In this document: positions 11,050 to 21,556 of the stretch, piece after piece
How the letters are laid out: the number at the start of each line of letters is the position of its first letter
Position numbering within the stretch: the stretch's first letter is position 1
From: Prorocentrum cordatum
Taxonomy: Eukaryota
Assembly (NCBI GenBank): GCA_963575745.1
Contig: CAUYUJ010000226.1
Location: 62,001-126,000, forward strand
Direction of reading: 5' to 3'
Length of the DNA: 64,000 nucleotides
Made by a program: the position numbers and the translations under genes
The notes under the pieces: model-generated
The model's input: only the letters and a program-made list of their open reading frames with translations
Database searches by the model: none
What the model was told of the DNA's origin: nothing

Positions 11050-14000
11050 ATTCGTCGCTGACGACCGTCAGTGCTGCGATATGCCAGCTGCGGTGAGCCC
11101 CGCGCTGGCCGGCCCCAGGCCTGTTACCATCGCTGGTCTTCGGCCCGTGGATGAAGATCAGAGCCCTGCGGATGACCGATTGCGGTTAGCCCCGCTTCGG
11201 AATGCGATCATGCTCGATTCAGGTGCGCAGATCAGTGCGATACCGAGGTCACAGGTGACCAAGCACAACTACACGCCGACGGACAGCAACGTTGTCGGCT
11301 TGAAGGGCATAGGAGGCGAGGAGATCGAGAGGTACGGCCACGTGGAGCTGAACCTATCCCGAGGAGGAGAGGTTATTCAAGTCGGTGCTGAGGTTGCCGA
11401 TGTGGAGTACCCAGTTGTGGCTACAGACGCTGTAGTACAACGTGGTCAGAGTGTTCTTCATAGCCCTGCAGGTCACTGGATCATCAACGGTACCATCGAG
11501 CCACCTGACGGAGCTGAGTTCGTACCTCTACGTCGTCACCAAGGCAACTACTACTTAGAGTACGATCACATCATCGACGGCCAGACTCAACCAGAAGCTT
11601 CAAAGGTAGCTGCGGTACGAAAGACACTACCAAGGAAGGTACCAGCTGAACAGGAAGCTGGAGCTTTGCCGAAGGTTCTAGGTCCCGAAGCTGATGAGAC
11701 CACAACTGTGCCAACGAGAGTGTTGAAGACTCCTCACCAACCTAGTGCTGCGGAGAGAGCCGCGCACGAAGGGCATCATCTACCTTTTCGGCCTTGGTGT
11801 CCCATCTGCGTGCAGGCTCGAGCAGACGATGACCCCCACCACGCTCAGGAACCAGCTGATGAGAACAAGATCCCGAAGGTGGTGTTCGACATCTTTTACG
11901 TAGGGACAGACCAGCTGGCTGCGAAGTACAAGCTTAAAGGAGGTTACTTCAGCATCAGGGAGAAGACATCGGTCACGAAGGCCGAGTTAGACCAAGCGGT
12001 CTCTGTCTTGAATGTTATCGACTGTAAGATCTTGGCTCAGGCGACGTTGTACGCGAACAAGGAGACGGATGACTACAAGGTGTCCTTCCTGCTAGGCGTG
12101 CTGGAAGCTTGGGGTCACACAACAGTCATACTTCAGACAGACCAGGAGCCTGCCACCATGGCTCTGGCGCAGGCAGTTCGAGATCGCAGATCACACTCAA
12201 CCTTGGTGCGGGGATCACCGCCCTTTTCCAAGCAGAGTGCAGGCTACGCTGAAGGAGGTAACAAGCTAGCTGCTGGTCTACTTCGAGCCTACAAGCTGAA
12301 GCTGGAGCACAAGCTGGGCAGCGAGATCAAGATGACGGATCCGATCGTGCCATGGCTTGTGAACTCAGTGGGGTGGATGATCACCAGATTCCAGCCTCGC
12401 AGTCACGGAGGTTCCTCCTACAAGATGCTCTACGGCAAAGAGTACAACGGCGAGATTGCGGAGATGGGTGAGCAGGTCTGGTATCGGATCTCAGCCCGAG
12501 TTGCCGCGGGACGTGGCAAATGGGAAGCCCGCTTCGCAAAAGGAATCTGGGTTGGTAAGAGCGAGCTGGACGACACACATCTCGTGATCGATCCTGAACG
12601 TGGAGTGCAGAAGGTGAGAACGGTGCGAAGGATGCCTGAGGAGTTCAGGTGGCAGCCCGAGCTCATCCAGCACATCAGGGTGACGCCCTGGAAGCAGACG
12701 CCCGACAAGAGTTCAGGAACGATCGGACGCAGCATGTACATCACGGAGCGCATGATCGATGCTCATGGTCCTACCGACGATTGCAGGAAGTGCAGTACAG
12801 GATACGGTTCGCATTCGGCAGCCTGCCGACAGCGTTTCGAGACCATTCAGGCCGACTTGCTGCGCGAGAAGTTGGCGAAGGACCCTGTGGCCCCTGAGGC
12901 TACAGTCGTGGTGCCAGCGCCGGCTGCGGGAAGCCCCGCGCCTGGAGCCGCACCCGGAGGAGCAGCGGCATCAAGAAGCAGTGAGGTTGCGGTGAGCCCC
13001 GCACCTGCTGCCAGTGACGTAGCTATGGTTCCTGGCCCAGGAGAGGCTGAGGTGCAGACAGCCATGGACACGGAGAGTGGAGAGCTCAGGAGCGACTTTC
13101 GGCGAAGTGCCCCAGGTGAAGTTCGTGAAGGAGCTGAGGTCAAGAAGCCCAGGGTAGCAAGCATTGGGCATCTCTCTGTCTGTGAGTTGGCAGTCTGCGA
13201 GGAGGGCTACGACGAGAGCTTCGACCCCATGTGGGATCCACACCCAAAGCGCAGTGCGAGATGTTCCGAGAGGTGTGAGAAGCACTCATCACGATGCCAG
13301 CTACGAGAATGCCACCAAGCTGAGTGTGCATGCAGGAGATGTTTGATGAGCCACATCGGCACAATCAGGAGCCACTTCGGAGATCCTGAGGAGCAGCAGG
13401 TGGAGCAGATGGTTGAGGTGAGCGCCGAGCTGCATGAGAAAGACCAGTGGAGCCCAAAGACGATACACTACGATTACTACACTGGAGAGCCTCTGGATGA
13501 GGACCTGTATCAGAAGGGTCGCGACGACGAGCTGCAGGCCATGAAGGACTACGGGGTCTACGTGGAAGTGGCGACATCGACGGCGACCGACGGCAAGCAC
13601 ATTGGAGGTTTCCCGATAGCCCACATGAAAGAAGGAAAGGTCAGGTGGAGGTTCGTAGCAACCGAGGTGAACAAGTACGAGGTCAGGGAGGACAACCACC
13701 AAGGCACGCCCCCGCTCATGATTGTCAGAGCGACGCTGAGCCGTGCCGCTTCAAGTCCAACTTCCAGCGGGCAGCACCTGCGGAAGATACAAGTCTGGGA
13801 CGTCAGGAAGGCTTTCTTCAACGCTGACTTAGACGAGACGATCTACGTGCATCCTGGGAGAGAGCTGTGTCCGCCTGGAAGGTGCTGGTGGTTACGCAAG
13901 GCCATGAACGGTACCAGGAAGGCGTCGCAGATGTGGGGTGAGCTTGTGAGAACTACTATGGACGACGGCCATTGGGAATGCTTGGTTGGAACTCCTAACG

Positions 14001-15715
14001 TGTTCTACTTACCTGCTAGCCCCAACACAGCCCCCTTCGACGAGGATAGCACAGCGATCTGCCATGGCGATGACTTTCTTGCTGAAGGCTACGACGAGCA
14101 GCTGGACGAGCTGGACGAGTTGTTGAAGCAGCAGTTTGAGGTCACGGCCAGCGCCAGACTTGGACCAGGAGCGGTGGGGCAGACTACATACCTCAAGAGG
14201 ACGATCGGCTACACCGACAAGTTGCCAGGTTGCGAGGAGCCAGGTTTCTTCTGGACTGCCGATCCTAAGCATGTGGACTTCATGATCAAGTGGACGCAGA
14301 AGCGAGGTTGTAAACCAGCTCCCACTCCAGGGACGAAAGCTACAGGACAAGGCCGACGAGACAGCCTAGACCTTCTTTCCAAGGATCGTGCTCGAGAAGT
14401 GGCGGGTGCAGCTGGCACCGCTCTTTACCTTTCTTCGGACAGGCCCGACACGATGTACGCCAGCAAGACAGCGATGCAGCACGTCTCCAACCCGAACGTC
14501 TTGATGCATGCGCGTGTTCAGCGACTTGGAAGGTACTACGAAGGACAGCCTGTGTTGGTCTGGTGTTACCCACTTCAAGGTACTCCTGAAGGCATTCGTG
14601 TAGATGGTGACGCAGATTGGGCACCTACGAGTGAACTACAGCGGCGATCTACCAGTGGAGGAGCTGTGAGGTATGGTGACCACACTTGGGACTGCTACTC
14701 AGTGACGCAGAGTACGATAGCCCTAAGTTCAGGGGAATCCGAGATGTACGCTACGGGAAGTGCGACAGCCAGAGGACTTCAGTGTAAGACTTACCTGATC
14801 GAGACCCAGAGGCCCTGCAACCTGAAGATCTATAGTGACAGCACAGCTGGACGTGGCATGTGCAGTCGAGTTGGGGTGGGCAAGGTCAGGCACCTGGAGT
14901 TGAGGTACTTGTGGATTCAGGAGCGGTTGCGTCTCAAGGCGTTCGAGCTGCACAAGGAGGACACCAGCAAGATGACAGCCGACATGCTCACGAAGTACAG
15001 CGAGTGGCCGACAATCGAGAAGCATTGCACCACTCTCAACCTCAGGTTCGGAAAGCAGTTGAAGGGCTTGAGCGCAATGGCAGTTTTCACGGAGGTCGTG
15101 ACGAAGGCGTCAGGCGAGAAGGTGACAGTGTACGGAGGTTCTGACGAGGTTGCGGTTTGCCCCGCGCCTGTCAGCCACTACGTGGACAGCGAGGAGTTCT
15201 GGTTCTTCCTGAAGTTGGGACTAGTTGTGGTGACTGCAGCCAGTGCTTTCTTACTGGGGTGCTGGTGTGGTTGTTACTTCAAGGACTTCTACGACAAGTT
15301 CCTCCTCCAGGGTGCGGTTGACCCCGCCTCTGGAAGCACGTGTATACCATCTGCGCGGGCTGACGTCGAGTTCAAGACCGTGTGTGTACAGCAGGACAAA
15401 GGAGCAAGGCACAAACTCTTAAGCACGTTTCTTGTAGCTGAGCTGCGAGCTGTCTTGAAGGCCAAGAGCCTGGCCGTGTCAGGGATCAAGGAGGACCTGG
15501 TCACGAGGATGATCAAGCACGGATGCGTTCTGTCGGATCGCCAGGCCAAGGAGATCGAGCAGCTGCGAGTGATGGCTACAGCGCGAGGACCTCTTACCAA
15601 GCTCAGCTTGCAGGACATCAGCAGTCCAGAGGCCGCGCAGAAGTGGATCGAGACGTTCAAGAGCGAGTGCGGAGACCGTTCCAGAGGCTCTCAGGTGATC
15701 CACGGAGAGGGCTAG
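9590..15715 (+). CDS. Copia Gag-Pol polyprotein (2041 aa from first ATG) with C-terminal TM + SAP-like extension
   Basis: Zn knuckle CHYCHKKGHRSANC (10499-10540); protease LDSGA (~11213); integrase H..HH.P...WCPIC (11765-11809), FD, TDQEP, YAE; RT WDVRKAFF (~13796), HGDDF (~14063); RNase H DADWA, SSGESE, YSDS, ADMLTK (14600-14995); no stops. Confidence 0.95.
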   Translation: MEQQLQQLVDQVQRLTTESQNMRQELQNRDVQIAEMRGQLQGQQQAQQQAQQQRVAPRGEMMDPKILHKVKPFDGQRSSWKTFSFQYRAYLIAQDRRYRDLLERCEDGAQEVDNVNLDPQEEELSTQLYYGLVLAMPEDSVGELIVRNSPVGEGAECWRKLQKEYNPSEAGNVLAMWTKLTDTKFDAKEDVMVSISKLDEDMARYQKMAGEPVSDLIKRGILTKALKDHDELQKHVFRNSSRLSTYELLRAEVVSALAAERAVQDDPMEIGALKGGKRPWKGRGKGKDGKGKEKPPNPDAEIECHYCHKKGHRSANCRKRIADEKKTPEKDKKDKKQFRKEKAKEKKKIGAAAVRELERLRQTGVGTGSSSTAPTQQMLGSQGSADSAMTQQVLRPVNCALRAKMILALRAEVTRSAATRSTGSTACLATTNMYAALARRPLKDGDGTTISGSWTTVPCVPSTAWTASRTGKSQTTTRSQRSARKARFVADDRQCCDMPAAVSPALAGPRPVTIAGLRPVDEDQSPADDRLRLAPLRNAIMLDSGAQISAIPRSQVTKHNYTPTDSNVVGLKGIGGEEIERYGHVELNLSRGGEVIQVGAEVADVEYPVVATDAVVQRGQSVLHSPAGHWIINGTIEPPDGAEFVPLRRHQGNYYLEYDHIIDGQTQPEASKVAAVRKTLPRKVPAEQEAGALPKVLGPEADETTTVPTRVLKTPHQPSAAERAAHEGHHLPFRPWCPICVQARADDDPHHAQEPADENKIPKVVFDIFYVGTDQLAAKYKLKGGYFSIREKTSVTKAELDQAVSVLNVIDCKILAQATLYANKETDDYKVSFLLGVLEAWGHTTVILQTDQEPATMALAQAVRDRRSHSTLVRGSPPFSKQSAGYAEGGNKLAAGLLRAYKLKLEHKLGSEIKMTDPIVPWLVNSVGWMITRFQPRSHGGSSYKMLYGKEYNGEIAEMGEQVWYRISARVAAGRGKWEARFAKGIWVGKSELDDTHLVIDPERGVQKVRTVRRMPEEFRWQPELIQHIRVTPWKQTPDKSSGTIGRSMYITERMIDAHGPTDDCRKCSTGYGSHSAACRQRFETIQADLLREKLAKDPVAPEATVVVPAPAAGSPAPGAAPGGAAASRSSEVAVSPAPAASDVAMVPGPGEAEVQTAMDTESGELRSDFRRSAPGEVREGAEVKKPRVASIGHLSVCELAVCEEGYDESFDPMWDPHPKRSARCSERCEKHSSRCQLRECHQAECACRRCLMSHIGTIRSHFGDPEEQQVEQMVEVSAELHEKDQWSPKTIHYDYYTGEPLDEDLYQKGRDDELQAMKDYGVYVEVATSTATDGKHIGGFPIAHMKEGKVRWRFVATEVNKYEVREDNHQGTPPLMIVRATLSRAASSPTSSGQHLRKIQVWDVRKAFFNADLDETIYVHPGRELCPPGRCWWLRKAMNGTRKASQMWGELVRTTMDDGHWECLVGTPNVFYLPASPNTAPFDEDSTAICHGDDFLAEGYDEQLDELDELLKQQFEVTASARLGPGAVGQTTYLKRTIGYTDKLPGCEEPGFFWTADPKHVDFMIKWTQKRGCKPAPTPGTKATGQGRRDSLDLLSKDRAREVAGAAGTALYLSSDRPDTMYASKTAMQHVSNPNVLMHARVQRLGRYYEGQPVLVWCYPLQGTPEGIRVDGDADWAPTSELQRRSTSGGAVRYGDHTWDCYSVTQSTIALSSGESEMYATGSATARGLQCKTYLIETQRPCNLKIYSDSTAGRGMCSRVGVGKVRHLELRYLWIQERLRLKAFELHKEDTSKMTADMLTKYSEWPTIEKHCTTLNLRFGKQLKGLSAMAVFTEVVTKASGEKVTVYGGSDEVAVCPAPVSHYVDSEEFWFFLKLGLVVVTAASAFLLGCWCGCYFKDFYDKFLLQGAVDPASGSTCIPSARADVEFKTVCVQQDKGARHKLLSTFLVAELRAVLKAKSLAVSGIKEDLVTRMIKHGCVLSDRQAKEIEQLRVMATARGPLTKLSLQDISSPEAAQKWIETFKSECGDRSRGSQVIHGEG

Positions 15716-15917
15716 GAGAATGGTCGCAGGAAGCACTACGACAGCCGAAGGTGAGCTTTCTTTTACAGGCTGCGGTTTGCCCCGCGCCTGCCCTCTGCGG
15801 GTAGCCCCGCGATGGGCTTAGGCGGGCAGCGCCGTTGCGAAGCCTGCTCAGGGAGCACAAAGTGGTTTCCCTGTGGCTCACGTTTCTCGACTGGAGGCCG
15901 AGCCGCTTCCAGCGCCC

Positions 15918-15926
15918 AAGGAGAGG
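15918..15926 (+). promoter_or_regulatory. Polypurine tract
   Basis: AAGGAGAGG immediately before the 3' LTR. Confidence 0.85.
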
Positions 15927-16084
15927 TGCTGGGAAGTTTGTAGTTTTACATATATATGTGATTATAGAGAATATAATCAGACTGTCCTGGAGGATCCAGG
16001 AAATCCTGCAGCCCTTTGTTGCTCGAGGAAAAGAGCGACCCTCACCTCCCCCCTTTCTCCGCGAGGGGGGTGGGTGCGCGTGCA
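15927..16084 (+). repeat. 3' LTR (158 bp)
   Basis: Identical to the 5' LTR, followed by TSD CTCTT. Confidence 0.97.
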
Positions 16085-16467
16085 CTCTTGGGACGTGTTA
16101 GGGCCCATTCGGGCCCTCTTGAAGGCCTCTTGAACCGTTTTGGGGCCATCCTGAAGGTCTCTTGGGCGATCTTGGGGCGATTTTTGGAGGCTATTGGGCC
16201 GTCTCGGGCCGCCGCAAGCGAAGACAAATCAATGATTTTGGCTTCTTCGGGCCTTCCTGGAGGCCCTCTTGGAGGCCTCTTGGGCCGTCTTGGAAGCCTC
16301 TTCGGGGCCTCTTGGGCCCTCGTTGGCCGTCTGGGAGGTTTCACGAGGCGTCACGGAGACGATGCGTTTTGGCGTCCTCCCCGTGGGGCTTCACCGCTAG
16401 GTGCGCCGCGCAACGTGTCACCCGCCCGCTGAAGGTGCCAGGTTCTCAAATTCTTTACGCTTCGCGT

Positions 16468-18841
16468 ATCCCCACCAGCCCATCTCACAGCAGCAACTCT
16501 TGCGAAGCATGCCGACAGTCGTGTTTTTCAGGCGTGTGTCCGCTTGGCCCCGCATATCTCCCCTGTTCCTCGTTCCTCCCGCCTCCTTGTACATCCTCCT
16601 TGTGGGGGGAGCGGGAGGAGGACGAGGCGGAGGAGGAGGGAGAGAGAGCGCTCCTCGTGATTTGAGTCGTTTGGGGTTTCTCGTCCTGGTATGAGTCGTT
16701 CGGGCCCTTCTTCCTGGTGTGAGTCGTTCGGGCTCTTCGTGGTGTGAGTCGTTCGGGCTCTTCGTCCTGGTGTGAGTCGTTCGGGCTTCTCGTGGTGTGA
16801 GTTGTTCGGGCCCCTCATCCTGGTGTGAGTCGTTCGGGCCCCTCTCCTGGTGTGACTCGTTCGGGCTCCTCGTGGTGTGAGTCGTTCGGGGCCCGCGTCG
16901 TGGTGTGAGTCGTTCGGGCTCCTCGTTGTGTGAGTCGTTCGGGCGCCTCGTCCTGGTGTGAGTCGTTCGGGCCCTTCCTTGTGGTGTGAGTCGTTCGGGC
17001 TCCTCGTGGTGTGAGTCGTTGGGGTCTCTCGTCCTGGTGTGAGTCGTTCGGGCTCCTCGTGGGGCCTCTTGGGGGCCTCTTGGAGCCTCTTGGGGCCTCT
17101 TGGGGCCTCTTGGGGGCCTCTTGGGGGCCTCTTGGGGGGCCCCTTGGGGGCATCTTGGAGCCTCTTGGGGCCTCTTGGGGGCCTCTTGGAGGCCTCTTGG
17201 GGACCTCTAGGGGCCTCTGGGGGGCCTCTTGGGGGCCTCTTGGAGGCGTCTTGGGAGCCTCCTGGGGGCCTCTTGGGGCCATCTTGGGGCCTCTTGCGAC
17301 CTCCTCAGAAGCGCAGATGAGCGCTGCCCCCTGAGAAGGACAAAATCAGCCCAAAACTTTTTTTGTAAAATCAATGATTTTGCTATGAGGGAAGATGAGC
17401 GCGGCCCCCTTCAGAAGGCCAAAATGGGGCCAAAACCCTCGTAAAATCAATGTGTTTGGCTTCAAAGACGAGCTGAGGCGCCAAACTCCCCCCCCCCCCC
17501 TGGGGCCAGAATCCTCGTGAGGGTCGTCGTTTTTTGGCCCTCCAAGGAGTCGAAAAAGACCCCCCTGACGACGCTCGGGACTCCCTCTCCAGGTCCAGGG
17601 GGAGGGGGTAAGGGGGAGGGGTGAACCCCTCCCCGAAGGGGAAGAAGGGGGGTTGAGGACAGAGAGAGCTCGCTAAACCACTCACGCCCAAAGGGCTGGT
17701 GGGATTGGCCACTTGTTGTTATGATGCATGTTTCACTCCTTGCCCCATTGGCCCCGCCCTCGTTGTAGCAGCGTTGTGGCGGCTATCGCTCGAGGACATG
17801 CAGGCACGCCAGCGATAATGCGAGTGTTCGCGTCTGTGTGCGTTGCAGATATGTGAGTCGTTCCAGCTCTTCGTGGTATGAGTCGTTGGGGCCCCTCGTC
17901 CTTCCTTGTGTAACTCCTTCGGGCCCCTCATTGTGTGTACGTCGTTCGGGCTCCTCGTGGTGTGAGTCCCCTCCTTGTGTGTGAGTCGTTCGGTCCCCTC
18001 CTCCTGGTGTAACTCGTTCGGGCTCCTCGTGGTGTGAGTCGTTGAGGGCCCGCGTCGTGGTGTGAGTCGTTCGGGCTCCTCGTGGTGTGAGTCGTTCGGG
18101 CGCCTCGTCTTGGCGTGAGGCGTTCGGGCCCTTCCTTGTGGTGTGACTCGTTCGGGCTCCTCGTGGTGTGAGTCGTTGGGGTCTGTCGTCCTGGTGTGAG
18201 TCGTTCGGGCTCCTCGTTGGGCCTGTTGGGGGCCTCTTGGAGCTCTTGGGGCGTCTGGGGGGCCTCTTGGGGGCGTCTTGGGGGCTTCTTGGAGCCTCTT
18301 GGGGCCTCTTGGGGGCCTCTTGGGAGCCTCGAGGGGACCTCTAGGGCCCTCTGGGGGGCCTCTTGGGGGCCTCCTGGAGGCCTCTTGGGAGCCTCCTGGG
18401 GGCCTCTTGGGGCTATCTTCGTGTCTCTTGCGACCTCCTCAGAAGCGCTAATAAGCGCTGACCCCTGAGAAGGACAAAATCAGCCCAAAACCTTCGTAAC
18501 ATCAATGATTTTGCTAAGAAGGAAGAGGAACGCGGCCCCCTTCAGAAGGCCAAAATGCGGCCAAAACCGTAGTAAAACCATTTTTTTTACTTCAACGACG
18601 AGTTCAGGCGCCAAACTCCCTCCCCCCCCTCGGGGCCAGAATCCTCGTGAGGGTCGTCGTTTTTTGGCCCTCCCAGGAGTCGAAAAAGACCCCTCCAACC
18701 ACCCGCGAGGCCCCCTCTCCAGGTCCAGGGGGAGGGGGTAGGGGGAGGGGTAAACCCCTCCCCGAAGGGGAAGAAGGAGGGTTGGGGGGTTGAGGACAGA
18801 GAAAGCTCGCTAAACCACTCACGCCCGAAGGGCTGGTGGGA
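16468..18841. repeat. Duplicated ~1-kb compound repeat (TGTGAGTCGTTCGGGC array + GGGGCCTCTT array + conserved tail)
   Basis: Blocks ~16650-17705 and ~17853-18841 are colinear and both end GGGCTGGTGGGA; inverted CCCACCAGCCC at 16471. Confidence 0.8.
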
Positions 18842-19408
18842 CTTGCAGCACCGGGCGCCCGCGTCCGCGCCCTGCGCCCGACGTCGCGAGTCAAAGTACT
18901 GAATCGCCGCGGCCGCTCCAACAACTCGCGCGGGTGGCCATGAGGGCCAGTTGACAGAAGCCCACGGGGGCCCCGTGGGGCCCCTTTTGAAGTGAAGCCA
19001 GCAGGGGGCCCTGAGGAGTCCCTGCAGGGCCCTCACGCCGAGGTGGTTGCGCGTCTCGGCGCGAGGGGGGCGTGCGTGTCTCGGGTGCGCCGCCCGAGAC
19101 ACGCACGCCCCCCCCCTCCTCCTCCGGAGAGGAGAGAGGAGGAGGAGGAGGAGGCGGAGGAGGAGGAGGAGGAGGAGGAGGAGGAGGAGGAGGCGGAGGA
19201 GGAGGAGGAGGAGGAGGAGGAGGTGGTCGCCGGTCTCGGCGCCGGGCGTCGCGTGGGGCCCCGGCGTCGTGCGCGCACGGCGCGGTCCGCCGCGGCGGGG
19301 CGCTCTGCGGCGCCTCTGGCGGGGCCTGTCCGGCGCCAGCGCGAGGAGCTGCGTCGGCGGCGCCTGCTGCTGCTCTCGGGGGCAGCGGTGGGGTGGGATA
19401 GGCATGGG

Positions 19409-19571
19409 TCAGGAGGGAAAGAAGCACACATACACAGGTAATCGTCGACCCCCAGGAAGATATGGAAAAATACGGGAAGTGGGGGGGAAGACAAAAAGCC
19501 AGAAAAGATGCGGAAATCTAGGGAATCCTGTTATTTGTGTGTATTTATTTGTGTGTCCTGGGGCCCCTTCA
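19409..19571 (+). mobile_element. Family A element
   Basis: Same ends; TSD ATGGG. Confidence 0.85.
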
Positions 19572-20047
19572 ATGGGAGGGGACGCATCGACCCCTGGTCG
19601 CCAACTGGTCGCCGATGTGGGGTCGGATAGCCCCGACCCGCCCAGGAAGGTGCGGATGCACCATCGGGGGCCCATCGCCGAGCTGTCGGCGAGGTATCGC
19701 CGACTCCAGGTCAGTGCACCCCCCCCTCCTCCGCCGCCTGCTTCTCCTCCTTTCCTTCTCCTTCTCCTCCTCCTCCTCCTCCTCCTCCTCCTCCTCCTCC
19801 TCCTCCTCCTGCTCCTCCTCCCCCCCCTCCTCCTGCTGCCCATCCAGGTCGATGAGTCCCCCCCTCTCCTTGCCCCCCCCCCATGCTCGCCGCCGTGCGT
19901 GGCCTCGGCCACGAGCGCACTGGGGGGAGCCCCGCGGGCGTGGCTCCCGAGGATCGCGGGCGGGAGCCGAGGCGGGCGATGGCGCTGACGAGGGTGCTGA
20001 TGGCGGTGATGGCGGTGATGGTGCTGACGAGCCTGAGCCCACAAACG

Positions 20048-20210
20048 TCAGGAGGGGAAAAAACACACAGACACAATTATGCGCCGACTCCCCAGAAAAT
20101 ATGCGAAAATATGGGAATTGGGCGGGAAGACAAGAATCCAGAAAATATAGGAAAATATGGGGAATCATTTTATTTGTGTGTATTTATTTGTGTGTCCCAG
20201 GGTCCCTTCA
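20048..20210 (+). mobile_element. Family A element
   Basis: Same ends; TSD AAACG. Confidence 0.85.
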
Positions 20211-20379
20211 AAACGGATGATGGTGGTAGTTATGATGAACGAGGGCGACGGCGATTATGATGGTGATGATGATGCTGCTGATTATTCTGATGCTGATGAG
20301 GATGATGGTGATGGTGATGATGCGACTGCTGATGGTGGGTGGTGGTGGTTGCGATTATGGTGATGACGATGACGATGAC

Positions 20380-20428
<49 letters not shown>

Positions 20429-21155
20429 GTGATGATGGTGGTGGTGCTGATGATGATGATGATGGTGATGATGGTGGTGGTGGTGCTGATGATGCTGATG
20501 ATGATGCTGATGATGATGAGGCTACTGATACTGATATTGATGATTATTTTACTGATGAGAATGGCGACGACGGAGAGGATGACCACGACGGCGTTGGTGG
20601 CGATGGCAATGTTTGTTGTGATGATGGCGATGGCGACGATCATGATAGTGAGGGTGATGATGACGAGAGTGAGTGATTGTGATGATGGTGACGGCGATGA
20701 CGACGCGTTGCCGTATGAGGGTGTGCCGACATTTTCGGCCCCTTTTGCGAGGGCCGTCTTCGGCCGTACTGTCAGCGCGGCGTCGGCGGCAGACGTGGGC
20801 CCGCGCCGCCTCTTCGTGCCCACGGCCGCGGCGCGCTCCGCGCGGGAACGCCTTCCCGAGGCTGCCTCGCCCTCTCAGCGGATACTGCGGACCTGCCCCG
20901 TGCCAACGCACCAGCGCGCTGCCGAGCATCAGAGGAGGAAAAGGTACCCATAGCTCTACCCTGCTCTCATTTCCCCTTTTTGGGGGGGCTTCCTGGGCGG
21001 CCCTCGTCGCCACCGCCGGATTCGCCTCGACATCCGGGTCAGAACGCACCCCGGGAGAGGTCGGGGGTGTAGCGGTATCGGCACGTGTCGTTTTCCCCAG
21101 AGCAGGCTGTCCAGCCTCGGTGCTGACCGTGCGGCGAGCAGCCGGGATCGGTTTC

Positions 21156-21320
21156 GGAGGGCACCAACTATACACCAACACCGATCCTGGCCCAGGATCA
21201 CCCTGGGCCCAGGATCGGTGTATATGCCTTCTTGCGCAAGGCAGGAGGGCGTATACACCGATCCTGGGCCCAGGGTGATCCTGGGCCAGGATCGGTGTTG
21301 GTGTATAGTTGGTGCCTTCC
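21156..21320. repeat. Near-perfect palindrome (foldback element)
   Basis: GGCACCAACTATACACCAACACCGATCCTGG ... CCAGGATCGGTGTTGGTGTATAGTTGGTGCC. Confidence 0.85.
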
Positions 21321-21491
21321 TACGGTTGAGCGACGCCGCAGAATCGGGGTCGCGCTCGCCGGCTGCCAGCGCAACGGAAGCTGCCCGCGCCAGGCCGCGC
21401 GTGGGCGCCCTCGCTCCCCCGCGCGGCGTGCCGCGCTGGCGGCCCAGGAAGGCCGCCCCGCGAGGGGTCGCCATAGTCCAAAAATAGCTTG

Positions 21492-21556
<65 letters not shown>

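Larger units (their letters stand above)
9000..16084 (+). mobile_element. Full-length Ty1/Copia LTR retrotransposon
   Basis: Two identical TG...CA LTRs, TSD CTCTT (8995-8999, 16085-16089), PBS, PPT, domain order PR-IN-RT-RH. Confidence 0.97.

Noticed and set aside
15197..15280. TM helix as an env gene
   Set aside because: In frame with pol, no sizeable ectodomain or fusion-protein features; reported as a TM+SAP extension instead.
16660..17060. CRISPR-like spacing of TGTGAGTCGTTCGGGC
   Set aside because: Spacers are ~10 bp and mutually similar, no cas genes, eukaryotic context; a minisatellite.
21497..21553. Long poly-T as a retroposon tail
   Set aside because: Sits inside a short repeat also seen at ~7795-7915 without the run; a local expansion or sequencing artefact.
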